The notes below the pieces were generated by a model, which saw only the letters and a program-made list of their open reading frames with translations, was not told the DNA's origin and did not search any database. The position numbers and the translations under genes are program-made. Positions 1-14,950 of a DNA stretch of 64,000 nucleotides are shown in pieces (positions within the stretch are counted from its first letter, which is position 1; each line of letters begins with the position of its first letter). The DNA is from the human T2T-CHM13v2.0 reference genome, Homo sapiens. The stretch lies in assembly GCF_009914755.1 (NCBI RefSeq), contig NC_060929.1. One strand, given 5' to 3'.

Positions 1-737
1 TAGGGCTTTACCCTGGATTAAGCTTTGTCTAAAGGGAATGTTGTGGCTGGTCTGATCTTTTATTCAGACCACTCAGACTTTCTTCATATCGGCAATAAGG
101 CTGTTTTGCTTTATTGTCATTCAGGTCTTCACTGGAATAGTACTTTTAATTTCCTTCAAGAACTTTTACTTTGAATTCACAGCTTTGTTGTTTGACACAA
201 GAGGGCTAGCTTTTGGCCCAACTTTATTTTTGAAATGCCTTCCTCACTAAGTTTAATAATTTTTAGCTTTTCATTTAAAGTGAGAGATACGAAAAACTTC
301 CTTTACATGAATACTTACAAGTCATGGTAGGGAGTTTAATCAGCCTAATTTTAATACTGTTTTCTCAGGGAATAGAGATGCTTCAGGAGAGAGAGAAAGA
401 TGGAGAAGGACCAGTCAGTGGAACAGTCAGAACACACACAACATTTATCAGTTAAGGTTGTGGTCTTATATAAGTGTCATTTGTGGTGCCTCAAAACCAT
501 TAGAATAGCAACATTAAAATAATCATTGATCACAAGTCACCATCAACAGATATAATAATAATAATTATATATAGTTGAAGTTTAAATATTGTGAGAATTC
601 CCAAAATATGACACAGAGGCACAATGTGAGTACTTGGTGTTGGAAAATGTTTCTGATGAACTTGCTCAATGCAGGATTGTCACAAACCATCAATTTGTAA
701 AAACAAACAAAAATCTCAATGCAACAACATATGCCTG
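1..737 (-). mobile_element. Tigger1 (TcMar-Tigger DNA transposon) 5' part, continues off the left edge
   Basis: The reverse complement follows the Tigger1 5' consensus: terminal CAGGCAT at 731-737 followed by target TA, and a decayed transposase N-terminus beginning at the ATG around 323-325. Confidence 0.9.
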
Positions 738-892
738 TATTAAAAGCCCTAGCATTTGAGATTTCTTAGAATATGTGCTTTATCTTAAAGACACTATTTT
801 CCAAATACATTGGCTTATATGCTGGTTAGGGATTGAATTAGAAATCATATAAATAATAAATTTATTTTTCAGATACAAAATTCAGTTAACTA

Positions 893-1284
893 TAGACAGC
901 TTCCAACTTACCTACGGCTCATCTTATGATTTTTCAACATTGCAATGGTGTGAAAATGATACACATTCAGTAGAGGCCATACTTTGAATTTTGAATTTTG
1001 ATCTTTTATAGTACTAGTGGTATGTGGCAGAATACTCTTTTGAAATTCTGGGCAGTAGCAGCAAACCACAGCTCCCAGTCAGCCACAGGATCACAAGGCT
1101 CAACAATGATATTCAAAAATGTACTGGGTTGCCCAAGATATTTGAATATTGTGTTTAAATGTTCATCATGTCTACAAAATGCCCATTCATCATGTCTACA
1201 AAATGCCTATTTTTGACTTACGATATTTTCAACTTACACTATGTGTATGGGGACATAACCCCACTGTAAGCTGAGGAGCATTTG
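893..1284 (-). mobile_element. MER47-type (Tigger5-derived) non-autonomous DNA transposon
   Basis: Both ends resemble MER47 termini (…ACTTACGAT…; …GTAAGCTGAGGAGCATTTG) and are flanked by TA. Confidence 0.75.
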
Positions 1285-1989
1285 TATTTAGAAGACAGTG
1301 AAATGTCATGTATTTATCTTCTGTTTTAAAATATTATATCTTGTTATATTTACCTACTCCTGTGAGCAAAATTGACTTAGCGTAGGGTTCTATAAAATTA
1401 ATATATGAGTACATGTATATTACAACAAGATCAAAACCTCAGTTTCCAGATAAGTAAAGTTATCTTAATGCTGGGTACCAGAGTTAACTATCACATTGAG
1501 TTTTATTTTTCCAGCTGTGTAAAGTCTGGTTTTAGAACGCAAGTTAATGAACATTTCTGCCTTCACATTAAAAAAAGTGTGTTAGCCAATAGTTAAATTC
1601 TGTAATACTGTTATTAAGACCCCTTCTCTATACTTCTAAATTAAAGAAAAAAATGCTAAATGGAAATTATTACAATAAATGGTTAGATTTTAATTATGTA
1701 AATAATTTGTCTTCGCTGTTAGAATTTTATATTAATATTGTCAAAAAAATGAAATCAGAGAAAATGATAAACAATTATGTTTTCAACCTTCCAAATTCTT
1801 TATTTGTAAATTATACATCCTTTGATATAGATAACAATGTGACAGTATCTATATAATATTGGAATATCCAGGTGAAAATTTAAAATTGTAGATATGATAG
1901 ACATATTATTTTTAATCTAACATTGTAATATATAATACATTATATTATACTTTATATATCTTATATATAGTATATAATGTATAATATAA

Positions 1990-2540
1990 TATTATATATA
2001 CCATTTTGCTTCCTGCTTATTGATTTTATCTGATGTGTACAGACTCATGTGCCATACATTTACTTTTGATCTTATTTCATATTCCACATTCCATCTTGAC
2101 AGAATATCATCGTATAATATTCAGTAATTTTGTATGCATCCCCCATTGCTTTTAGTGTAAGTTGTTTTTATTATTTTATGATATACACTAATGCATTGAG
2201 AGTTCCAAAGAACTTGTCTGATTATTTTTTAAGATCAATATCTAGAATTAGAATTTGTAGAATGAAAAGAATGCACATATTTAAAGCTTTAGAATCATGG
2301 GTCAAGGTCGTCTTCAGAAAAACTGAATAGTTTATACACAATTCACAAAAATATTTGAGGATACTCAATTTCCTACATGCCTATAAATTCTACTGACATT
2401 GTTTTCAACCAAGTAATTGAATAATGATATATCTTGCCTATAATTTATATCCTCTGCTTCACATTTATTAACAACTATTGCAGTTCTTTAGGAGATTTCT
2501 TCTTCATATTTTTTGCCCATTTTTTTCATTAATGTGTCCT
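1990..2540 (-). mobile_element. Highly decayed L1ME-like 3' fragment
   Basis: Degenerate antisense L1 3'-region motifs such as CTAGAATTAGAATTTGTAG and CATATTTTTTGCCCATTTTT. Confidence 0.4.
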
Positions 2541-2554
2541 AAATAGTTACAATA

Positions 2555-2760
2555 TTAATAAAAATTCATAGCTACCAATTATTGGGTACTTTACATTACA
2601 GGTACTTTCTAAGTACTTTATGTGTACCTAATCATCACACTCTCAAAACTTTCCTAATATGAAAATAGTATTAAATTTATCCCCACTTGACAAATAGGTG
2701 GAAGATTCAAGGTTTGAAGCCAAGAAGTTTGGCTTCAGCGTCTACCTTTATATCCCTCAT
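2555..2760 (-). mobile_element. MIR SINE
   Basis: MIR core and 3' motifs in antisense: AGCTACCAATTATTGGGTACTT…ATCCCCACTTGACAAATAG…GGTTTGAAGCCAAG. Confidence 0.6.
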
Positions 2761-2917
2761 ATAATGTTGTCCACCTTTATTTTTGTGTTTATGCCTCTTT
2801 ATACAAGAAAGATATTAATACTTTAGTTATGGAGCAGATAATTTTTTCTCAGTTAATTATATTCTTTGAATTATGTTTCTGATCCTTTAATAAAAACACA
2901 TTTAGTCCTTCTTAAGT

Positions 2918-2921
<4 letters not shown>

Positions 2922-2950
<29 letters not shown>
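2922..2950. repeat. (TC)n microsatellite
   Basis: Uninterrupted TC run. Confidence 0.95.
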
Positions 2951-3079
2951 AATCTTGGTTTTCTGCTTAGAATGGCCCTCCCAGGTTACATTCCCCAGGT
3001 TACATTGTACATACACACATGCATTATAGAAATACATGTAGTATTTTTATTTTTACTCATTTTTTTCTCGAGTTTTTAA

Positions 3080-3412
<333 letters not shown>

Positions 3413-4421
3413 AGCAGGTGATAGATTTCAACAAATTTTTTGTTAAATGGAAAGTGGATGATGACTTTTGAAATGAGGATGACTCAACCTGGAGCCAAAT
3501 CTGCATGTTTCATTGTGGTTATTTACAGATATGATATCAAGGCTAATAAATCAAGAAATAGGGATGTAAGTAAATTGTAGTTATGAAGTTAATCAGCAGG
3601 AGAATTAAAATAGGAAAATATAAAAGTAAGTCTCTGTGAGGAGTGGGAAAAATATGGCTAAAAACTGTTGCTTTTTATTATAATCCAGAATTACTTTATA
3701 TTTTATCATGTGCATGTACCACTTCCATACAACTTTTTAAAACTTAAACTTGGGTAACAGAATTTCATTTTAGCATAAAGATGAGGCACAAACATTTCCT
3801 TTATAAAGAAATGATTATTTTTTTAAATCCATTCTTTCTATATCAAACTGAAATGTCAACCTTATTTATATCGTTTATGGACTAATTTTTGATTTTTTAA
3901 ATCAGATCATTGTACCTATTATTAATGCACAATGCCATTTTATATTCTATAAACAATTCTTTGTTTATGGAATTCTTCTCAACAATTTTGATATTTTTAT
4001 TTGTTTAATTCCCTAGAAACCAAGTATCAAAAAAGAAAGCAAGAAATGTGAGTAATGACAGAGGAAAACTGTAGCTCATATTGGCTTAGGGAAAAACACA
4101 CACATGTAATTCATTGAACAGAAGTGCCTATTTTCAAAACACTGGTTGTCCAGGGTTAAAGTTTGTCATTGTTTCTGCAGAGAAACTGACCTCCAGAGCC
4201 CATCAGACATTATCTTTGTTCTTGGCCTTTCTTGGTTAATTTTTTTTAAAAGGGCTCAGTAGTTTCTTCTATATATTTCAAATATTTAGTCATAATATAT
4301 AACCAAGACTTTAAAGTGTAGATCTTCAGATTACTAAGATTGATCTGTGTGCCTTTGTATCTGTGTGACATTTACTCATATGTGTTTACATGTGCTTATA
4401 AGTAAATCTAATGAACTATGA

Positions 4422-4727
<306 letters not shown>

Positions 4728-4829
4728 TATGATTATAAGTTGTTATTTTTTTCATAATCACCATTATGTTCTGTTTTGAAATGTTAGAAATTAGAATAAG
4801 AAACATTAAAATATCAAAAACATGTCTAT

Positions 4830-5860
4830 CCCAGTTTTGCTACATCTGTGAAAATCTGTGGCTCTTATCTCCAACTGCAGGCAGAACTGAGAGGTGCTCC
4901 ATGCTGCTGCCTCACTGGATCACCTGGCAGGTACTGCTGAGGCCTACTCAGTGAGTGACCACACTCAATGAGCCATCATGATGGAGCTATGGCTCAGTTT
5001 ATTTGGGCTGCTGTAGCAGAATTCCATAAACTGGGTAGCTTACAAAGAACAAAAATATATTTCTCACAGTTCTGAAAGCTGAGAAGTTCAAGATGAAGGT
5101 GCTGCAGATCTTGTAAAGACCCACTTTTAGGTTCATAGAATGGCACCTCCTCACTGTATGCTCATGTGATGGAAGGAGGGAGGGTTCTTTCTGGATCCCT
5201 TTTATAAGGTTAAGAATCCCATTCACAAGGTCTCTGCCCCAAGACTGAATCACCTCCCAAAGGCCCCACCTCTTAATAACATCACTTTGGGGGATAGAAT
5301 TTCAACATATGAATTTTGTTTGGGGCACAAACATTCAGACTGCAGCAAAGAGTAAAGAATGGAAAAATATGAAGATTAGTGTCTGTGGAGGGCTCACTTT
5401 CTGATTCATATTTGGCATCTTCTACCTGTGTCCTCACATGGTGGAAGGGAAGAATTCTGATCTCTTCAGACTCTTATAAAGTCACTAATACCATTTTTGA
5501 GTGCCCTGCCCTCATAACCTAATCACCTCCCAAAGACCCCTCTTGGGGATTAGGCTTTAACATACAAGTTTTGGGGAGATACAAACATTCAGTTTACAAC
5601 AGGTATGAGTGTAAGGCCTCCTTCCCCAACTGGCCTGACCCAACTGGCTCAGAACTGCTCTGCAGTGTGAAATCCTCCCTACCCCATCATCTTTCCTTCC
5701 CCTTCTACTTCTACAGGCTTAGATCTGCATCTTGGTTTGGAGGTTCTTTTCACCTTCTCCAACTCTCTTGCCTTTATCCTTAGCAGATGTTTTCCCAGTA
5801 AATGTTTTTCATGTCTAATCCCATCTTGGCATTTGTTTCTCAGATAACCTTAATTTACAT
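4830..5860 (+). mobile_element. LTR16-family (ERVL) LTR interrupted by MLT1A
   Basis: The 3' end CATGTCTAATCCCATCTTGGCATTTGTTTCTCAGATAACCTTAATTTACA resembles the LTR16A end. The left boundary is approximate. Confidence 0.55.
4988..5601 (-). mobile_element. MLT1A-family LTR containing an inserted second MLT1A segment (5110-5376)
   Basis: 4988-5109 joined to 5377-5601 rebuilds one LTR. The insert carries a second LTR end, CAAACATTCAGACTGCAGCA. Confidence 0.8.
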
Positions 5861-7117
5861 AACCTAAAATAAATAAATCTGAAGAGATATAGTTCTATTT
5901 AATTCCCAATTCTTTTTATCTCTATTATTCATAGATGTTTTCACATTAATTGAATATTCACTCAAATCAATTTAAATCTCAGTTCTCTAGCTTAGCTTTT
6001 CCTTTCAAAATAAAGCCTTGAGGCTTTAAATTAGAATTGGTGTTTTTGCTGGGGAAATAATTCATAAGTACCTTAGACTAAGAGTATTTGTGATGACAAA
6101 GTGGAAGAGCTAGAAAAATACAATTAAAATAAACATTTTAAAATCACTTTCAGAAGTTCAATTGATACGTTTCCTAAAATTATCACAGTAGCAGCAGGTT
6201 TTCACAGATGTCAAAGTCTCAGGTCTTTGTTCCTATATGCAGTATAAAGGGTTTCAGGATTCTTCTGCCTCTTTGGTGGGGATGCTGACCATTCATTCAT
6301 TAATTAGTTCACTTATTCATTAAGCAGATGTGTGTGGAATATTTTACCAGTGGGCAGGCTCTATGGTGAGTGTATTTCTCAAGTATTTATTAGATCCTAA
6401 AAACAGCTAACCTTTGCCTTCTGTTGAATTTGACAGCTGGAACACAAATTTAAGTAAATGCCAGAGTTTCACTCTAAAGATGAAGCAATTTCCTCTATTT
6501 GAAACTGTTTGTCCTTTTTGGTTCTGCACAGCTCAGTCAAAAGACATTTATACAAACTTCTAGTGGCTGATTCCCATAACCAAATTAACCACAAAATTCT
6601 ACAAGAACAGGATATGATTCATACTTTGCTCAATGTCTTTATTTCTGTCAGTTTGTAAAATTTTTTTTTTCTTTTACTAGTGTTGGATGCACTAGCTCTA
6701 ATGTCAGCAACAACATTTTATATGTATGCACACCTTTCTTCCTACATCTGCTCCTATGCCTGCCATGTGAAAGCCTCTGCTGTGCTCTGTAACAGTCTTC
6801 TCTGGCCAGCACTGGCACCACTTTTTTCAGTGTCCCCCAGTCTTTTTTGCATGCCTCTTCTCCTTTCCTGGCTGTCCTTTGACAATCACTATTTTTTTGG
6901 TACCTCTCCTCATCCTAAATTTTGTTTCACTGCCCAGAGATGCAAAACTTCCAGATGCTAAAGGAAAACTCCTTTAATCAAGGGACCATAACTTTCCTTC
7001 CCAGTTATCTCATGGATAGATCTCTTTCCAATAAAATTATTACTTTTTATGTTTTTGAATTTTCATTTATAATGATTTCTACTGTTGCTCTGAGAAATTG
7101 GTTAAAAATTTTGCAAT

Positions 7118-7480
<363 letters not shown>

Positions 7481-7834
7481 TTATGTATTCATATTTTAAA
7501 GAAGTATGATAGGGTGTTTAATAGAAACATTCAAGCATAAATATATACTAGGATAAACATTTCTATGGCAAATTGGATGAAAATATAATTTCATTGAGAA
7601 AAAATAATGAGCCTTTTTAATATTAAAAATAATTTGTTCATATACTGAATGATAGGTTAATCACATAATTACTATTATATTTATAATCCTTTTGGCTGTC
7701 TTTTAAAAAATAACAGTTGTATTTAAAATGGAAATAATATCCTTTTTAGCTATTGAAATATATGATACAAATTTTACATTCTAACTTTTAAAATGTATAA
7801 GAAAATACCTAGTTTTGAAAATCACCTTAGGAAG

Positions 7835-8190
7835 TGTCATTGTCTGTTCAGATGCTATCATAAAACCCCTTAGACTGGGTGGCTTATAAACAACAGAAAT
7901 TTATTTCTCACAGATCCAGAAGCCGGGATGTCCAAGATCAATGTAGTGCAGATCTTGTAAAGACTCACTTTCAGGTTCATAGACCAGCACCTCCTCACTG
8001 TCTCTTCATGTGATGGAAGGAGGGAGGGATCTCTCTTGGGCCTCTTTTATAAAGGCACAACTTCATTGATGAGGGCTGTGCTGCAGAACTAATAACTTCC
8101 CAAAGGCCCAACTTGTTAAATACCATCACCTTGGGGGTTAGGATTTCAACATATGAATTTTGGGGTGATGCAAACATTCAGATCACAGCA
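7835..8190 (-). mobile_element. MLT1A-family solo LTR
   Basis: AGACTGGGTGGCTTATAAACAACAGAAATTTATTTCTCACAG…GGATTTCAACATATGAATTTTGGGG…CAAACATTCAGATCACAGCA. Confidence 0.85.
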
Positions 8191-8436
8191 GGTAGTAAAG
8201 GACTGAAAAAGGTGAAGATCTGCAAGTCTCAAATCACAGTTACTAACGCTTATGAGTATCATAGTTTTACTGTATTTTGCCTGTTTATTTTATTTTATTT
8301 TTGATAAGGGCTTCCTTCCTCCCTCCTAACAAAGTAATTTTTCTTTACCCAAGACTCTAACAACCATTCTACCATTCTTGGGAAAATATTTTTCCATTTT
8401 TTCTTAAAGACAGACTCATCACCCAATGGCGAATTT

Positions 8437-8577
8437 GGTTTTGTGTTTGTTTGTTTATTTTTAATGTTTGTGGGTACATAGTAGGTATATATATTTATGG
8501 TGTACATGAGATGTTTTGAAGCAGGCATACAATGTGAAATAAGCACATCATGGTACATGGGGTATCCACCCCTCAAG
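8437..8577 (-). mobile_element. Short L1MA-type 3' end
   Basis: T-rich tail followed by GTGGGTACATAGTAGGTATATATATTTATGG…CAGGCATACAATGTG. Confidence 0.75.
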
Positions 8578-8869
8578 TAAGATCTTCACCCTTGCATGGG
8601 TAGTACTCTTGTTCCACATGCTCGTTTCTTCACGTCAGGATAATTCCTTCAAATTTTCCCCTGCCAACCCCAGTAGTTTGAGGTCACTTCATTGCTTTGA
8701 ACAGCACGTAGGAGGTATACAGGTTTCCAAACTAGTTGAGAAGGAACTCCAATCTCATTTGTAGGGAGCCAGAGGATTTCATCAAAGGGAAGCTGTGACC
8801 TACAGATGAGCCACTTTCTGGGGATAGGGAAGAAACCCTCCTCATCACTCTAAAATTCTAACCTTATTT

Positions 8870-10270
8870 GAGCTTCCCAACACACAACTTTCCTGAAAAA
8901 TCTTCTGTCAAGTGTTGCCAATCACTTATTAAGTATTAAATTTAAAGAATACACTTTGAATGTGTATCTCATTTGAACTCTCTACAGTATTTGACAAGCA
9001 TGACAATTTCTTCTTTGAAATCCTGGCTTCCATCACACCTCTGTCTTAGGGTACCTGCTACTTTTCCCACTACTTTCTCTCAAGCTCCTTCATGTGCAGC
9101 TCCTTCTCTGTCTGCTCCAAAACTCTGTTTTTCTTACTCTGAACACTGTCTTTGATAATCACACTCATTGTCAGGCCTTCAGTTACCAATAGGATGTTAA
9201 CAAAGCTTACATCTATGTTGTCAGCTTAGGTCTTTCAGCTGAGCTTCATTTGAATCTTACAACCTACACTCAATAGTGCTCTTTGTGTTGATGTCAATTA
9301 ATGTTTTTATTAAATGTGAGTAAAATTGTTACTCCAGAAAGATATATGGTATATATCTCATGACTTCCCTATACTCTGACACAAAATCTCAAAACCTGTA
9401 GGCACATACATCTTTTTAACTAAGCATAGGAAATCTAGCCACAGTCAAGTTATTCACTCCTCAGCATTAGAACACTTCTTTAGCCCGTTGGGCTGCTTTT
9501 CTTTTCCATATAGCTATTCTCCATCTCTTTTCTAAGCCTCTGCTAGTCAGTCTCCCCACCTAAGATGCTATTCTTTCTGTACTTATATTCAAATGATCCC
9601 CCTTCTTTTGGGCTTGACTCAGTCTTTACACACACAGTGTAGTCTTTCTTAATTATTCTAATGCCCATTTATCTTACCCGTCTAGAACTCAAATAGAATG
9701 TATTAGGCAAACAAATTCATTTAGACATTAAGTCAAATACAGTCTCAAACTTATATATAACAACTTCAAGCATATTTTTTTTGATTTTGCAACTACAATA
9801 CAATTATAGGCTGAATGTTTGCGTCCCTTACATTTTATGTGCTGAAACCCTACTCTCAATGTGATGTATTAGAAGGTAGGGCCTTCAGAAGGTGATTTGG
9901 TCATGGGAGTAGAGCCCTCATGAATGGGATTAGTGCCCTTTTAAGCATCCCAAGAGAGCTTGCTTCACTTTGCTCTCTGTCATATAAGGATACAACAAGA
10001 AGTCGGTATTCTGTAACCTGAAAGAGGACCCTCACTGGAACCCAACCATGCTAGCACCCTGATCTCAGACCTCCAGTATACTGATTGTGAGAAATATATC
10101 TCAGTTGTTTATAAGCTGCCCAGTCTATAGTAATTTGGTGTAGCAGCCTGAACTAACAAGACAAATACCTAAGCTTTTATGGTATGGAATTCTTTATTGG
10201 CTAACTTTTAATGCCTAGAACAATGTTATGAACATAGTAATATTTAACAAGTATTTGTTAAATAAATAGT
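8870..10270 (+). mobile_element. L2 LINE relic (RT-region to 3' end), split by MLT1A
   Basis: L2 motifs CTCTCTACAGTATTTGACA and GTCAGCTTAGGTCTTTCAGCTGAGCTTC, with terminal GTATTTGTTAAATAAAT. Confidence 0.5.
9802..10163 (+). mobile_element. MLT1A-family solo LTR
   Basis: TATAGGCTGAATGTTTGCGTCCC…AGAGCCCTCATGAATGGGATTAGTGCCCTT…TAGCAGCCTGAACTAACAAGACA. Confidence 0.88.
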
Positions 10271-11069
10271 TTTAAAAAGGCACTCATTTTCAAAGTCAGG
10301 GTATATCAAATATTGTTGGAATGACAATTGATAATGGCTAAAATGCTGAGGAAATAGGAGATTTATTTTAACTTAAGAGTCTCAGAGCCACTGTTATACT
10401 TTTCAGGAACAAGCATTCACCTGTGAGGTAGAATTTGAAAAATATTTTCTTGTCCAAATATATATGCCTTAAAGCTTCTGTTTGTGTGCTTATAGTTATC
10501 ATATTAGCTATTCCTTGGAGTTAACAAAGCCCAAATAAAAATTTGGAAGAACATTTTGGATTAAATTTCTTTATCAGGTTAGTCAGACTCAAGAGGATGT
10601 TGGAATGGACAGAGATGAGGAAAATAAGTCGAGGGAAAAGTTTAGAGCCTGAAGCTATGGGGAAGGCAATGTCAGGGGAAATATATGGGGCATCAAGGAT
10701 GTATGATAAAATTGCTGAATATTTGACCACAATCAAAGTGTGGGCTGCCAAAAGCAGTAGGTACAGAAAGCAGCTCATATCTCTACTAGAAGGATGAGCT
10801 TTGTGCAAGGTAACTTTTGTAGCTTAAATATTGAGTAGGGGCTTACACTTAGTAAAAATATCTTCAGTTGTAGAATAAAGTTGTCACCTTGAGTGAAATG
10901 TTCTATCAAGTATCTAAGTGCCTTGTGTAGTTAGTTACTTCACCAAAACTATATTTCTTTGGGTATTTTAACTTTTGTTTAATTATTGTTTATGTAAAAA
11001 TGAAAGAAGTTCGATTAAGAAGAGGTCAAAAAATGTAACAAAGTAAAAGGAGAATAGGAATGTGTATAT

Positions 11070-11285
11070 GGTGAGCATTTGTGTGACTGGTGCAACGTAG
11101 GTCTGGAAATGCTTATTTTATATATTTTCATAATAAGAGAGTTATAAGTACCCTCATTTCTCCAAAAAGAAACTGAAATTCAGCAAAATTATGTAAATAG
11201 TCCTGTGTCACTTGGTTATTAAGAGCAAAACCTGGTATTTGACCTGAGATGTCTATAACACCAATGCTCATGCTATTTTACGAAA
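11070..11285 (-). mobile_element. MIR SINE
   Basis: Degenerate MIR core CTCATTTCTCCAAAAAGAAACTGAAATTCAG…GAGCAAAACCTGGTATTTGACC. Confidence 0.55.
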
Positions 11286-11429
11286 TTCTAAATGAGCAAA
11301 GAAAAAAATACCATGAGGGCTTAGATTATTTTTCATCATGTGAATAGACATTTTTACATGATGTGGGATTCTCGAATACAGCAGGATAGGTTTAGGAGCT
11401 GTAAGTAACAGAAATTAAGTTTAGATTTA

Positions 11430-11856
11430 GTATCTTAGTTTGGATCCCAGAATCACACTTTGAGGCAGGATTTATATGCAAATAATTCATCTGGGATGTG
11501 GTCCCATAAACATAAGTAGAGGAGTGGTGAAGCGATAAAGAAAAGGGAAGGAAGCCAATAAAAGTGCATCATCAAACAGATTACTATAGCGGGCAACTAT
11601 AGCTTAGTCCCACAAGCGTATTACCCCTGAGGGGAGAGAATTGCATCGTATGAACCAAATCTTGGCAGCTAATGATTAAAAGCCACTCCTGTGGAACATT
11701 GATTCCCCAGCATTTCCAGCCTGCTTTATGCACAGGTGGAGTGGGCTCCTGCAGCCAGAGCAAGCCCTCAGGCAAAGAGAAGTTGATGATATTTGGAAGT
11801 CTGTTGGCAGGTATTAAAAGGCAAGGGGTATGTGGATAAAGAACTCACCTGCTACA
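11430..11856 (-). mobile_element. LTR33-family (ERVL) solo LTR
   Basis: TGAGGCAGGATTTATATGCAAATAATTCATCTGGGATGTGGTCCC…GGGAAGGAAGCCAATAAAAG…CTGCTACA. Confidence 0.7.
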
Positions 11857-11899
11857 TTTAAAAAATAAGATGTTAAAACTATGTTAGGCACCTTTGACA

Positions 11900-13190
11900 A
11901 AATATATTCTCTAACAAATTGTGTTGGGATAACTGGATAGCCACATGTAATAAAATAAAATCTGACCCCTATTTATACACAAAAATAAATCCATCAAAAT
12001 GGTTTAAAAATGTAAATGTAAGAATTGAAACCGTTAAACTCCTAGAAGAAAATGGGAGAAAAGCTTCATGACATTGGATTTGGCAACGATTTCTTGGATA
12101 TGACACCAAAAGCATAAGAAACAGAAGCAAAAATAGACAAATGAGATGACATCAAATAATAAGCTTCTATATAGTACAGGATGCAATCAAGAGTGAAAAG
12201 ATAACCTATGGAATGGGAGAAATATTTGCAAACCATATATCTAATAAGGGGTTTATATCAAAAGTGTATAAGGAACTCCTACAACTCAATAGCGAAGAAA
12301 TGAATAACCTTATTTTAAAATGGGCAAAGGACTTGCATAGACATGTATCCTCCTGAGAAGACATATAAATAGCCTATAGGTATATGAAAAGATGCTCAAC
12401 ATCATTAATAATCAGAACAAAAGCAAATCAAAACAATGAGATATTACTTCATACCTATTAGAATGGCTGTTATTAAAAAGCAAGATAAGTATTGGCAAAA
12501 GTGTGAAGAAATTGGAACCTTGTACCCTACTGGTAGGAATGTTAAGTGGTGCAGCTGCTGTAAAAAGCAATAGGAGACATGGTGTTTCCTAACATATTAA
12601 AGAAGGAACTACCATATGATCCAGCAATCTCACTTCTGGGTATATATCACAAAGAATTGAAATCAGGATCTTAAAGATACATCTGTAATCCCATGTTCAT
12701 TGTGGCATTACTCACAATAGCCAAGGTATTGAAATATTTATGTATGTTATCATCAATTTATATATAAATAGATAAGGAAAATGTGCCATATACACAGGAC
12801 GGAATATTAGTCAGCCTTAAAAAATAAGGAAATCCTGCCATATGCTACAAGAAGGATAAATCTGGAGAACATTACACTAAGTGAAGAAAACTAGTCACAG
12901 AAATAAACTAGTCACAGAAATACTGCATAATTCCAACTATATGATGTACCTAAAATAATCTAACTTATAGAAACAAGAGAATAGAATGGTGGTTTCCAGG
13001 AACTGGAAGGAGGTAGAGGGTAGTTGCAGTTCAATGAGTATAAAGTATAGTTATGCAAGATGAGTAACTTTTAAAGATCTGCTGTATTCACTGTACCTAT
13101 AGTTAACTATATATTGTACACTTAAAATTTTGTTAAGAGAGTATAACTCAGGTTAAGTGTTTTTACCACTACACACACAAACACACATAC
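11900..13190 (+). mobile_element. L1MA9-like 3' fragment (ORF2 end plus 3' UTR)
   Basis: Decayed ORF2 C-terminal sequence and 3' UTR ending AAAATTTTGTTAAGAGAG…TTACCACTACACACAC. Confidence 0.8.
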
Positions 13191-13553
13191 TGGGTTAGTC
13201 TGTTCTCATTGCTGTTACTAAAGACATACCAAAGACTGGGTAATTTATAAAGGAAAGATGTTTAATGGACTCAGTTCCTTGTGGCTGGGGAGGCCTCACA
13301 ATAATGGTGGAAGGCAAAGGAGAAGAAAAGTCATGTCTTACAGGGTGGCAGGCAAGGTAGCTTGTGCAGGAGAACTCCCCTTTACAAAACCATCAGATAT
13401 TATGAGACTTATTCACTACCACAAGAACAGCATGAGAAAGCCCTGCCTCCATGATTCAATTATCTTCCACTGGGTCCCTTCCATGACACATGGGAATTTG
13501 GGGAGCTACAATTCAATATGAGATTTGGGTGGGGACACAGCCAAACCATATCA
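13191..13553 (-). mobile_element. THE1B/C solo LTR
   Basis: About 360 bp ending GAGATTTGGGTGGGGACACAGCCAAACCATATCA. TSD CATAC/CACAC. Confidence 0.92.
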
Positions 13554-14489
13554 CACACATATTAGCTTGTGCGTGGAATCATCATAATGCCAGGAGAAAC
13601 AGACTCCAAGTTATATAGCCTAGAAAATTTCTCCAAACTCCTTTATGAAGGCATTTTGTGATGCATAATGGCCAACTCCCACAAAGCAGTAAAAGCTCCA
13701 ACTTGCACCTCAGCGCAGTTAACCCTGAGCATATGACATTCACATTAGCATTCCTGTTCTGTCTGCTCTTGGCATTTAATCTTGTTTTAATTTTCCCCTT
13801 TACCAGAGAGTTTCTTCAGTCCATCATGTTCAAAAATCCCTGTGTATTGGTTGGTTTCATCTGATTTGCAAAACCTAGTGGATTTGCCTGAATCCTAGCT
13901 GCAAGGGTGTATAAGTAACTTTAGCTTCTATGATGAAAAGCACACTCTTTCCAGTCAAACTCATCAAAACTCACAAGGTTGTGGGAGGTAGGTCTATAAG
14001 CATAGGAAGTTAAGATACTGATTCTCCATAAAGAAATAATAAATATCCATGATATATAGTTAATATATTTTAATCCACAATTTAATTTTTTGTTAAATAA
14101 GTTCCCAGAAATAAACTGGGCTCAAGGCTTTCAATCAGAAAGTATAAAAGCAGTGTTTGGTTGAAGGTTTCAGCTTTAGTTGAGGAAGTACAGTGATTCC
14201 TTCATTCTTGGTCTTATCTCCATTTTTCTTTAATTTTCAGTGCCATTGTTATTTTTCTGGGTCAAATTTTTTAACTCCCCTGGCTTTTTTCTTTACTTTT
14301 CTTTTCTTTTCCTGTGTAAGAAACTTTGCTGTAAGAAGTCTTTCTCCAAATGCATCCCTAGGGCACTATTAAAAGCTGAGAGAGGTAGGCTCCTCTCCTC
14401 TCTGTTCAATCTGTGAGTCACTCACTCACTCATTATATGCATCATAAGCCTAAGCCTACCCATAACTCTGTGAAGGCAATTCATTTTGA

Positions 14490-14950
14490 CAGTGCTATAC
14501 TATGCACCAGGAATTATTTGAGGCAAAGAAAGAGGTGAAATATGAAGATAAGAAGAAACTGGCCTCAAGGGAGTTTATAATCTCATAGAGTGCATAAACT
14601 AGACAAGTATATAAACAACTGTATTACAAGGATATAAGCAAGGAAAAAGATGATTACTATGGCAATATGGAGAGAGGCAAATGAATCTCCATTTAGGACT
14701 GGGTCAGGGGAAGGTTAGGGCATTTGAAAAGCTATTTCTTGATGTTTGGAAAGGATTTGGACAAATGGAGTTAAGATGTGACAGGAATATCTTCTGAAGA
14801 AACCAAATAAGGAAAATATGGATTATATGTGATGATTATTAAATAGCCTAATTTGCTCAGAATAAACACTGTCTATAGAATAATAGGAGGAGACACAGAC
14901 AAGTAGCATGTGAATAGTCAGGTGAAAAGTCTGAATCATGGATATCTCAA
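14490..14950 (-). mobile_element. L2 fragment
   Basis: CTGGCCTCAAGGGAGTTTATAATCT followed by purine-rich antisense L2 sequence. Confidence 0.4.

Noticed and set aside
10521-10808. Overlapping 95-aa and 84-aa ORFs on opposite strands
   Set aside because: Both have non-ATG starts, no recognisable domain and no splice context. This is expected by chance.
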